DNA of 64,000 nucleotides, taken from positions 108,093 to 172,092 of the forward strand of contig JBIOZG010000012.1 in the NCBI GenBank assembly GCA_044870765.1, in the 5' to 3' direction. The position numbers were made by a program, and so were the translations under genes. Source of the stretch: Nitrososphaeraceae archaeon (GTDB lineage: Archaea; Thermoproteota; Nitrososphaeria; Nitrososphaerales; Nitrososphaeraceae). A model generated the notes under the pieces. It made no database searches. It was not told where the DNA came from and saw only the letters and a list, made by a program, of their open reading frames with translations. Positions 19,552-28,412 of this stretch are shown here, in pieces. Numbering within the stretch: position 1 is the first letter of the stretch; the number at the start of each line of letters is the position of its first letter.

Positions 19552-20943
19552 TTACTTTTCAACCTTAAAGTTTGTCTCCATATTTGAGGTGATGTAACCG
19601 GGTGCGCTGCCATTAACTTTCACTACAAAAATTCCTACTTTTGCATTTTCTGGTATATCTAAAGTCAAGTTTCCTGTGTCATTTTTCATTGTAAATTTCT
19701 TTATAATCTTTTTTGATGAATCTAAAATTTGTCCACTTATTGTTGCATTTTTTATCTTATCATCTGAGTCGGCGTCAAAAAGATCTATCCTTATCAGTTG
19801 TTCCTCTCCTTTGGCAACATGATTTTTATCAATCAAAGTTTGAATTACAATCTTTCTCTGTTTATGATCATTATTATTACTAATATTTTGTCCATTATCC
19901 GCAATCTGATTGGTCTTGTTTTGCTCGTTTATAATATTGCCTCTATCTCTAACAATAATATCTACATCATCTGTAGAAATTTTTCCCTTACTATCAGTGA
20001 CAGTAAGTTCAAATGTAAACGTAGTATCGGTCGAAACAGTAGGAGAGATAAATGACCATATCATAGTATTTGCACTACCTATCGTAATATTGGGATTGGG
20101 AATTTGTTTCCACGAGTAAGACAAGATAACACTATCATTACTCAGACTCAAACTGCCATTAAGTGTGACAGGTGAATCCTCATAGACTGTTTGATCTTTC
20201 CCTGCGTCTGCAGATAATCCAGTATCGTTGGATCTTGACAAAAGTCCAAGAGAATTTTGATTTGATTCTATTTCAAGGATCGAGGGTGGTACGCCACCGT
20301 TCATTAGAGTGTCATTGGGATTAAATGTTCTATTGTTATCTGTTCCGTAAACTCCTCTGAATTCGTCTGAATTGGTAACTTGAAACTTTGAATTATTTTC
20401 ATTGATTGTTGGAATAGCAAAATCGAAATTATTAGTTGAGAATACATCGCCATTCTTTTCTTGTTCATTTGATTTCATGTTTGGATCTGCATCGGGTAAA
20501 CCTGAGCTTATGGCAGGAGAATATGTTTTCGACTTTGTAACGCCATGAACATTTATTGAATATTGAGACGTCATGTTTTCATCTGGTGAATTTAGACAGG
20601 ACAACATCGCCGTGAGTTTGTTTGGACCTTCAGTTATTGCATGAAATGAAGAATCATAATTGAAATTCCACATGGAATAATTATCGCCGTTTGTCGCCTT
20701 CGCTGCATGTGGAATGGATGACTTATCATTCCATAAAGCGTAAACATCACAGTGTTGACTAGAATTATATGATGCTGTTCCCGTCATAGTCAGATTACCA
20801 GCCTGAACGTAACTGTTGTTAGCGGGATATACAATTGCAATTTCATAATTTTCTAATTTGGCGTGAGAGTGTTCCATAAAAATAATGGTAAATATAGGTA
20901 TTAGGGATAATAGAATTAGTTTAACATATTTTGTCTGAAGCAA
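19552..20943 (-). CDS. Secreted/surface protein with PKD-like (Ig-like) domain
   Basis: Signal peptide; ADAGKDQTV...VTLNGS.S...SYSWKQ...FELTVTD. Confidence 0.8.
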   Translation of the reverse strand: MLQTKYVKLILLSLIPIFTIIFMEHSHAKLENYEIAIVYPANNSYVQAGNLTMTGTASYNSSQHCDVYALWNDKSSIPHAAKATNGDNYSMWNFNYDSSFHAITEGPNKLTAMLSCLNSPDENMTSQYSINVHGVTKSKTYSPAISSGLPDADPNMKSNEQEKNGDVFSTNNFDFAIPTINENNSKFQVTNSDEFRGVYGTDNNRTFNPNDTLMNGGVPPSILEIESNQNSLGLLSRSNDTGLSADAGKDQTVYEDSPVTLNGSLSLSNDSVILSYSWKQIPNPNITIGSANTMIWSFISPTVSTDTTFTFELTVTDSKGKISTDDVDIIVRDRGNIINEQNKTNQIADNGQNISNNNDHKQRKIVIQTLIDKNHVAKGEEQLIRIDLFDADSDDKIKNATISGQILDSSKKIIKKFTMKNDTGNLTLDIPENAKVGIFVVKVNGSAPGYITSNMETNFKVEK

Positions 20944-21066
20944 CTGGTCATCTAATATGTCTAAAAAATTCTATAAAAGGTTCGGCTTTAATTCTAGTTA
21001 ACTCATGCGTAAATATGATTTAATCAAAAATATTAGTTCTAAAAATGCAGTTCCAAGCAAAAGAGT

Positions 21067-21255
21067 ATGCAAGTGTTGGATGAACAAAGCAAAGCATACT
21101 TTAATTTCATAAACACACTGCATTCTGAATCTACGAGAGAATTATATAAGTTCTGTCTAGAAAAATTCCTGGGTCATTACAAACTTGATCTAACCTCACT
21201 GCTAGAACTACCACAAGATTTCCATAGATTCGAGGAAAAGTCTCAACCAAATTAA
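21067..21255 (+). pseudogene. Truncated tyrosine-recombinase/integrase N-terminal fragment
   Basis: YFNFINTLHSESTRELYKFCLEKFL resembles the N-terminal SAM-like domain of integrases; stops after 62 aa with no catalytic domain. Confidence 0.55.
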
Positions 21256-21441
21256 AGAAGAGGCCTTGAAAGACAAGAACGGAAATTTTGCTTAGAATAA
21301 AATTAAAATGGCAAATGTTAGATTTGGAAGATCCAAAAAATCTTACAGACCCAAGCCTCCACGAACTGGATTACATTCTAACCATTCCTTAAATCGGATG
21401 TCGAAGTATTAAATAATTTATTATATCTTATTTATAATTGG

Positions 21442-21500
21442 AGATACAGTCGAAGAAGTGAAAGATACCGTAGAAGATACAGTCGAAGAAGTGAAAGATA
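21442..21500 (+). repeat. 33-bp-period coding direct repeat
   Basis: AGATACAGTCGAAGAAGTGAAAGATA at 21442 and 21475. Confidence 0.85.
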
Positions 21501-21685
21501 AGGTTAAACAGGCCGCGAAGAAAGTTACAGATTCTGATACATATCTGGGTTCAGATGATGAGAGGGAAAATAGAGATAATGAAGTGGGCGGAAATGATCC
21601 AATAAATCCAGAGGACATAGCAAAACATGAACCGACTGCGGTCAAGAGAGATAAGAATCAGGGAAGTTCAAGCGACCCGGTTTAA
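21458..21685 (+). CDS. Small hydrophilic protein with 11-aa repeat (LEA-like)
   Basis: DTVEEVKDTVE periodicity; frame open upstream to about 21437. Confidence 0.6.
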   Translation: MKDTVEDTVEEVKDKVKQAAKKVTDSDTYLGSDDERENRDNEVGGNDPINPEDIAKHEPTAVKRDKNQGSSSDPV

Positions 21686-21730
21686 ATCATCCCTTTTTTA
21701 GGTATTGTACAAACTGATTCAAGAAAAAAT

Positions 21731-21982
21731 TTACTCTTCGTCTCCAACGGATTTTCTTAATAACTCTAGTTGCTTATAATGTTCAAATATTATAGAAATT
21801 AGTATTGGTTGTATTAAGACAGGCTTGCAAGCAATCACTCCAGCGGCATTATACAGGCGCGAATAAGACATCATTTCCTCAAACATCTTTCTTTCGCTTT
21901 TATCCAATTCTTGTCTAAATATTTTCCACTTTCTTCTTTCTCTTTCTGATGCAAGTCTATACGAAGGAATAGTTCGACCCAT
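21731..21982 (-). CDS. Conserved archaeal small protein (MGRT.P.(Y/F)R family)
   Basis: MGRTIPSYR...W..FR..L...ERKMF N-terminus. Confidence 0.75.
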   Translation of the reverse strand: MGRTIPSYRLASERERRKWKIFRQELDKSERKMFEEMMSYSRLYNAAGVIACKPVLIQPILISIIFEHYKQLELLRKSVGDEE

Positions 21983-22097
21983 AATTTATTGTCATGAATT
22001 ATTCAATTTAATATCTAAATCACTAAATGGGGGAGGAGAGCATGGTATGATTCTAGCCGATAGAAACAAATTCAACACACATGATTTGTCTTGACGT

Positions 22098-22280
22098 TTA
22101 TAGTCTGATTTCCCAAAATGCGCCAGTTTTGCAGTGTCTGCAAGGTGGAAAAGTTTCTCCCGCAGTTATTGGTATTCTTTTTTCGTTTTCTGTGGGTTGA
22201 CATGCGCTATTTTCCATATGTCCAGCAAAATGGTACGTGCCTGTAGAAGGTGCGGATTGGCCCGTATGAAATTTTCCCAT
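22098..22280 (-). CDS. YjzC-like protein
   Basis: TGQSAPSTGTY...GETFPPC..C...W. Confidence 0.75.
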   Translation of the reverse strand: MGKFHTGQSAPSTGTYHFAGHMENSACQPTENEKRIPITAGETFPPCRHCKTGAFWEIRL

Positions 22281-22427
22281 TACACCAAATATTATTTTGT
22301 TTGATATAAGGTTTAAAACTATAATTAGAACTGATGGGCTTTAGAACAGCAGGCACACCATTTAATTTAATAGATTTTATCTTGGTAAACTCTAAAGGTA
22401 TAAGCATCATTAAGTCAATATTCTATT

Positions 22428-22655
22428 ATGTCTGAAGAAAGAATAGGAGATAAGTTTCTTCGGAAACTCTATGAAAAGACGGTAAATAATGGGATAGAAA
22501 ATATTGATAGAGAGGAGATTGGAAAAGAAATCGGAATTATAGATGTACTAATGGATAATCTGGTTGACGAATTGACTTCTGAGGGTTATATAAAAAAACT
22601 AGGAAGGACAAACATTTACCTAACCGATGATGGAAGAAAAAGAGTCGAAATATAA
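22428..22655 (+). CDS. Winged-helix protein
   Basis: IDREEIGKEIG...LVDELTSEGYI...IYLTDDG. Confidence 0.7.
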   Translation: MSEERIGDKFLRKLYEKTVNNGIENIDREEIGKEIGIIDVLMDNLVDELTSEGYIKKLGRTNIYLTDDGRKRVEI

Positions 22656-22720
22656 TATTTTAAATACATTTTGCTTGTGTTGAAATACTATAATATTAGA
22701 TAATCTAGTATTCCTTAGAA

Positions 22721-23197
22721 TTGAAAGGTTTAGAAGATGAACTAGGTCCACTGATTCATAACCTAGAGAAAAAACTGAAACGACAAAGGATAGAAAACAA
22801 AAAAAGAAAAAATGTAAAGTTAGATTCTGATGAATGGTTCAGTGATACAAGGGAAAAAATAATTCTACCGGTAATGATTAAGTATAAAAAATTCATGGAA
22901 AGTAAAAGTGAGAGTGTCTCATTGAATTGTACCATAGAAAAATCATATCAATTACCTGAAGGTATAACATTTCAAATAAAGGACTCTATACCGTTATCAA
23001 AACACGACGCTGTAAGAAGGATTACCTTCTTCCCAAAGAAAGATAGAGTTCACATTTTTGAGGAGGGGACGCTAGGTGATGCTCATCCAGTGGAACTTAG
23101 CTACACTGAAGAAGAAATAACAGAGGAATTCGTAAGAAAAAAATTAACTGCTTTGATAAAAGAATATGTTGACAAATTATTGATCAGTTTTGAATAA
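22721..23197 (+). CDS. Hypothetical protein
   Basis: 158-aa ORF. Confidence 0.6.
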   Translation: MKGLEDELGPLIHNLEKKLKRQRIENKKRKNVKLDSDEWFSDTREKIILPVMIKYKKFMESKSESVSLNCTIEKSYQLPEGITFQIKDSIPLSKHDAVRRITFFPKKDRVHIFEEGTLGDAHPVELSYTEEEITEEFVRKKLTALIKEYVDKLLISFE

Positions 23198-23284
23198 AAA
23201 CATATGGCAAAATCCATACGAAATTTATACTTTCTCCAAGGTATATTGTTTGCTTATTAGAATGAGTAAAGAAAAAGGTGTTGT

Positions 23285-23306
23285 AGGTAACGACACATCG
23301 TTACCT
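23285..23306. terminator. Hairpin between convergent genes
   Basis: AGGTAACGA-CACA-TCGTTACCT perfect 9-bp stem; T-tract follows on the minus strand. Confidence 0.5.
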
Positions 23307-23320
23307 GTTACTATTTAAGG

Positions 23321-23659
23321 CTATGGTATATTTGGAATTAATGAAGTAGGTCCGAATACCTCGTCTATGAATTCATTGTCATCGCCGTTAGCCGGAGACG
23401 TAAGGTCGTTGTCGCAACTGAATTGGTTGTTGTTGACGGGGCTGCCCATGGTGTCTATGTGCTCATATTCATTCTTTGCCTTACAATCGTTATCCTGTAT
23501 TATTTTGTGGGTCCTCTCGTTACAGTTGTCGTCATCATTGTCTTCACACTCTTCCTTGTCGGCAAATGCTGGTACTACCTGTGATATTCCTGTTCCGGTT
23601 AGTGCTGTCAATATTCCGATAGACAGTGTTACGAACATTAACACTTTTTTTGTGTTCAA
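23321..23659 (-). CDS. Secreted acidic Cys-containing protein
   Basis: Signal peptide ending PAFA; D/E/N-rich with 4 Cys. Confidence 0.65.
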   Translation of the reverse strand: MNTKKVLMFVTLSIGILTALTGTGISQVVPAFADKEECEDNDDDNCNERTHKIIQDNDCKAKNEYEHIDTMGSPVNNNQFSCDNDLTSPANGDDNEFIDEVFGPTSLIPNIP

Positions 23660-24328
23660 GTTTGTTATCGTGAAGTGATACTAAACAAAGTATAAGTGGA
23701 GTCAGTAAGAACAAGTACTAAAAAAAGGAGAGAGTCTTCTTTACTATGTTAAATCTGAATTTAAGAATAGAATATTATTCATTCACGTTAATCAGATTGC
23801 TATACCAGAAAACTATGTCCATGAATTCTGGTAAATTCTTCCAAAAGTTGTATATAGTGCGTCGAATTATTAATTCGGGTTCATTATTCGCAGATTGGTG
23901 GGCGGCTAACCGGCTTCAAATCTGGCTTAGATTCATCAGCCACCATTTAATTATCTAGATTTTAATATACACTGGGGGATGAGCATTCAGCCATGAGGCC
24001 CAGCCCACCAGCAGTCAGATTGCTTTCTGGACTTAACCTAATCCGTAATAAATTATCATATACTACAAATTATAAAATAATTTAATACCGGTCGGACTGA
24101 AAGATTTTGATAAGTGAATCCCACCGGCTTTTGTCTTAAAATGTCTTCAGAAGTAATCAAACTAACTAATACAAAATATTAGTTGTCTTACCTAAGTTTA
24201 CTTGCCAAAATTAGACACTCGTATTAGAAGTTTTAAATAAAGTTTTGGCGTTTTATGATACTGCCTATCTTGAATTCATTGTTGGGATAGTCAATTGGTT
24301 GATGCTTTCTTCACCGGATACGCACCAA

Positions 24329-24562
24329 TCAATTTACTTTATTGACAAGCATCATGGCCTCTGCATATAATTCTCTTGCTTCTTTACCGTATGCTTGTAC
24401 TAAGTAGTTACTCCCTTCATTGGATTTTAATCCCACACAACAATAATCTATTCCGTTACTCAGTGCATAATCTTTAGGGGAAATTTTTACTATATCTCTA
24501 TCTTTAGATAGCATTAGTTGTCTAAGCGCATCAATACTGCTGGTATACGTCATGCTGTACAC
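24329..24562 (-). CDS. Hypothetical protein
   Basis: 77-aa ORF ending YLVQAYGKEARELY. Confidence 0.55.
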   Translation of the reverse strand: MYSMTYTSSIDALRQLMLSKDRDIVKISPKDYALSNGIDYCCVGLKSNEGSNYLVQAYGKEARELYAEAMMLVNKVN

Positions 24563-24747
24563 TCCATTCTTTCAAACCAACTCTAGATGTAGGCAAAAAT
24601 TATGTAGAGCAGTGTATTAAAATTTGCTTATAACTCGAGCACTTATTATCCGATCAGTATCTGCCAACAGCAATAAACATGGACTATAAGATTATAGATT
24701 ATACCATAAAATAAAAGACTTAAAAGATATTCCTTTCTAAGAGAAAC

Positions 24748-25002
24748 ATGATGTCCATTTATATCGTAATGGCAATACTAGCCTCAGTAACCATTGTCAC
24801 AATAGTAACAACGAGCACTCAGCAAGTGTATGCACCTAAAAGTTGTGCAGGTTGTGCAGAATTCCAAAAACTGACAGATGAATTTGAAAATAAAGTATTA
24901 AACACAGCCCTAGCTAGCCCTGAAGAAATGCCAGCATTGGTTGATGAATACAGCACCGATGTCAAGGCGTTATTTGAAAATCCTTCACCATCGCCTAGTT
25001 AA
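24748..25002 (+). CDS. Small secreted/membrane-anchored protein with CxxC
   Basis: Hydrophobic N-terminus, QQVYA cleavage-like site, CAGC. Confidence 0.6.
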   Translation: MMSIYIVMAILASVTIVTIVTTSTQQVYAPKSCAGCAEFQKLTDEFENKVLNTALASPEEMPALVDEYSTDVKALFENPSPSPS

Positions 25003-25320
25003 ATTATAACTGATGGGCCAATTTGTTAAAAGGACCACCAGCCACGCGTATTCTTGGCGCTTGTCGACACTTGTAACGTTATGATCAACAAACAATAATA
25101 AAGTTAAATCTTAATGAGGCCGGTGGGAAGCCTCAATGGGTTATGAGCAAGTCTTTCTCCCCTATATGATAAGAGTTCAGGCCTATAGTTTCTAAAGTAT
25201 AATAACAAGTTAAGCCGGTGGGATGAGCAGAAGGTTCCAGAAAAACAGACCGACTATCGTATGATGGTTGCGTTAATTTCACATAGCTGACATGTCATAA
25301 AATAGTTAAACCTATGTGAT

Positions 25321-25785
25321 TCAAGTTAAATTTGATTTCTTTACACCTTGTTGGTAAGCCTGTATTTCATCACCTACCTTTTGGCATAATCTGTTTATTT
25401 TTATAGGCTTTTCCGTAAAGGAATCTATGATCCCTTTTTGGAGATACTTTTCAAAAATAGGATTATTATGAAAATCGTATGCACTTACTAACATTGTTCT
25501 TACCTTGGGATTGAGTTCTTTAATTTTATTTAATAACGCCAAACCATCCATATTAGGCATCCTCATATCAGAAATGACCAGCGCATATGCGTGTTTATTT
25601 TTTGAAAAGTGTTCTAAAGCGGTACCAGGATCGTTAAAACTAACAACAGAGATGCCAGTAATATCAGCACATATTGCGTTCTCGAAAAGTACAGTGATAT
25701 CTATCTCATCGTCCACTATACTAACAATTTTCTTGTTAGTAGCAATTCTCTCATGAACGCTAACCAGATCATACAGTAAGACCAT
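25321..25785 (-). CDS. Stand-alone response-regulator receiver protein
   Basis: IVDDE, ISDMRMPNMDG, VSAY, KP. Confidence 0.9.
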   Translation of the reverse strand: MVLLYDLVSVHERIATNKKIVSIVDDEIDITVLFENAICADITGISVVSFNDPGTALEHFSKNKHAYALVISDMRMPNMDGLALLNKIKELNPKVRTMLVSAYDFHNNPIFEKYLQKGIIDSFTEKPIKINRLCQKVGDEIQAYQQGVKKSNLT

Positions 25786-25914
25786 GAACTAGATAAGGTT
25801 TTTTGATTTTATTGGATTTTAATGATTTATTTACATCATAGTCTAGATATGCTTCAATTATCTTTGCATATATACCGAAAAACATCTATTCTTACCCGGA
25901 GATAGAATACTATT

Positions 25915-25955
25915 ATTGATTGGTGCCACCGTCTCACCGATAGGCGCCAATCAAT
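25915..25955. other. 13-bp-stem hairpin upstream of DUF72 gene
   Basis: ATTGATTGGTGCC...GGCGCCAATCAAT (one G-T pair on the + strand). Confidence 0.65.
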
Positions 25956-26014
25956 TTTCAGGAAGTTAGTTAGAACAAAGCAACTTTATTTGACGTAGAC
26001 GTATCAAGCATTAA

Positions 26015-26902
26015 TTGCAACTCTATATTGGTTGTTCAGGATGGAGTTATTCTTCGTGGCAAGGACATTTTTATCCTTCCAGTATGGACAATAGGGCGTG
26101 GTTGCCATATTACTCTCAGATTTTCGACTATGTAGAGATCGATTCAACTTTTTACAATGTCCCAAGTGAGTTAATGGTAAAAAACTGGGCTAGAAGAACT
26201 CCAGATAATTTTAGATTTACAGCAAAGTTTCCTAAGATAATAACACATGAAAAAAGATTTAGGAATGTAACAAAGGATTTAGAATTATTCTACCGAAGAA
26301 TGGAACCACTTAAAGAAAAGATATTAGCGCTACTAATACAGTTACCTCCTTCCTACCAACTTAAGGAAGGATTGGAAGATTTCAGTAGTCATGATTTTTT
26401 CTTTGAAGGAGATTTTAGATATTCAGTGGAAGTGAGACATCCATCATGGTTTAGTGATTTAGCATACAACTTTTTTAAAAATAATAATATTGCGATGGTA
26501 TGGAGTCAGATGGATAGATTACAAACTCCTCCAGTAGTAACATCTGATTTTGTCTATCTTAGATTGATAGGAGATAGAAGATTGGCTGAAGATCAATTTG
26601 GTAAAATACAAATTGATAGAACAGAAGAGATCAGAAATTGGGCTAATAAAATGAAAGAAGTTAATCAGAGTGAAAAAGATATCAAAGCGGCAATAGTGGC
26701 AGCAAATAACCATTATGGCGGTTATGGACCAGGAACTGTCAATATATTTCGTCAGAATATGGATATGGAAAAATTATATTTTGAAAATGTAGATATTGCT
26801 AAAATAAACAGAGAGATGGAATTAGAAACTAGGTTTACCTTCAGTGATACAAAACAAATCAAGAAGGGCAAACAGACAAGCATATCCGATTTTGTTAATT
26901 GA
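26015..26902 (+). CDS. DUF72 (YecE-like) protein
   Basis: IGCSGWSY, VEIDSTFY, LIQLPPS, EVRHPSW, YLRLIG, NNHY. Confidence 0.92.
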   Translation: MQLYIGCSGWSYSSWQGHFYPSSMDNRAWLPYYSQIFDYVEIDSTFYNVPSELMVKNWARRTPDNFRFTAKFPKIITHEKRFRNVTKDLELFYRRMEPLKEKILALLIQLPPSYQLKEGLEDFSSHDFFFEGDFRYSVEVRHPSWFSDLAYNFFKNNNIAMVWSQMDRLQTPPVVTSDFVYLRLIGDRRLAEDQFGKIQIDRTEEIRNWANKMKEVNQSEKDIKAAIVAANNHYGGYGPGTVNIFRQNMDMEKLYFENVDIAKINREMELETRFTFSDTKQIKKGKQTSISDFVN

Positions 26903-27220
26903 TTCAACCCTATGAAGTAATTCAAGTTCATTTCAGCATAAGCGATTTAAATATCCGTTAAATAGAAATTAATTCTAGACATAACCATTGCGAAATTATG
27001 CAGAATTTTGAATTTATTCTGATTTCCATTTTAGTGGTCTTGGAATTATTTGAAACTCCATTAAACATCACCATAGTTAACTGAGATACTTAGTCAAAAA
27101 AAATAAAAATGATAGATGATTACTGGTCAGTAAATCTCTCATTTTCTAGTTTTTTCAATTGCTTATAACCAAGAATGCTCTCATCAAGAAATGGGCAATC
27201 ACAACTAATACTTGAATTTC

Positions 27221-28087
27221 CTAATTGGTAAAATAATGCGATCGAATTTTTTGCCACTTTGCTATCAAAGCCTCAGGTCTAATATGCAGTGCTTCATTAT
27301 TTATTCGCGACTTGGCCAATACAACATATTCATTCATTAATTCTATTCCGATATAGCGTCTAGAGAAATTATGCGCTACTTTCGTGGTTTGCCCGCTACC
27401 ATTAAAAGGATCAAGTATGATATCGCCCTCATATGAGTAGAGCTTCATAAGGCGATATGGAATCTCTTCTGGAAATGGACACGGGTGATTTATGTGTCCA
27501 GGTGGAACAGGTGCAATATGCCAAACTGAATTTGCGATCTCTTTTGTAAACTCTTCATGTTTCGCAGGAAGAATATCACGCCTGTTTGTTCTCCCACTAT
27601 TTACATCTCCTTTTCTCAAGACTAGTATGAATTCATGCATAATATTGGCTCTAAAATATTTTGGGTATGGATTAATTACAAAAGATCCATATCTATTGGT
27701 ACCGCCAGTAACTTTGTGCCATATGATCTCTTCATGAAGGTTCCAATTTCCAAAAGGTTGAACCAACTTTGATAATAACATATGAGGAAGCGGGATAATG
27801 GTACCGTTTACAACTTCATTTCCAATTACTATACAACAGTAACCTCCATCTTTAGTGACTCTGTAAACGCTATTGTTAAAGATATCAACCATCTCTTCGA
27901 GATATTCACCTGTTTCTTTTCTCGTTTTTCCCCGATAATATCCATTTTTCTCAACGTGCGCTTCATAATCTATGGCATTTCTATAAGGAGGAGAAGTTAT
28001 TGTAAGCTGAATGAAATTTGCAGTCAATTCTGAAAGAATTTTTCTACAATTACCCTGGGTTATGGAATTTTGAAATTCAAGTAACAT
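27221..28087 (-). CDS. Site-specific DNA methyltransferase, beta class (N4-C/N6-A)
   Basis: ITSPPY (motif IV) precedes HPCPFP and LDPFNGSGQT (motif I). Confidence 0.9.
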   Translation of the reverse strand: MLLEFQNSITQGNCRKILSELTANFIQLTITSPPYRNAIDYEAHVEKNGYYRGKTRKETGEYLEEMVDIFNNSVYRVTKDGGYCCIVIGNEVVNGTIIPLPHMLLSKLVQPFGNWNLHEEIIWHKVTGGTNRYGSFVINPYPKYFRANIMHEFILVLRKGDVNSGRTNRRDILPAKHEEFTKEIANSVWHIAPVPPGHINHPCPFPEEIPYRLMKLYSYEGDIILDPFNGSGQTTKVAHNFSRRYIGIELMNEYVVLAKSRINNEALHIRPEALIAKWQKIRSHYFTN

Positions 28088-28412
28088 GGAATTGATTTTT
28101 CTTTAAGTATCAATCCATATTCCGCATACTTAAAAAAAATAAACTGGATGATAAATAAAATTAATTAAATCACTTACTAAAAAGATGAACTTGAAGGTTG
28201 ACATGAGACGTATTAGTGAATTCATTAGGTAACAAAAAAATTTCACAGGAATTCAAAGTGCGATTACGAGAATGGCCTCCAATCCCCTGAGAATATCCAG
28301 AGCAGACGTGAGAAGGTGGTTTGAAAAAAACGAAGAGTCAATTTCATATTTTAAGCCATTGCAAAAGAGACGATCTTGAAATCTAGTTTAGAAACGTAGT
28401 AGGTTCGCTGCT

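Larger units (their letters stand above)
23896..25229. repeat. Cluster of degenerate CYGGTGGG...CCCACCRG palindromes
   Basis: Arms at 23896/23940, 23972/24004, 24088/24119, 25010/25032, 25120, 25215; 13-bp perfect inverted pair 24118-24130 / 25212-25224. Confidence 0.55.

Noticed and set aside
23896-23945. tRNA-like fragment (TTCAAAT...GCCACCA)
   Set aside because: T-stem geometry and spacing to CCA are wrong; counted instead with the palindromic family.
28185-28379. About 64-codon plus-strand frame interrupted by one TAA
   Set aside because: No recognisable motif; may be chance.
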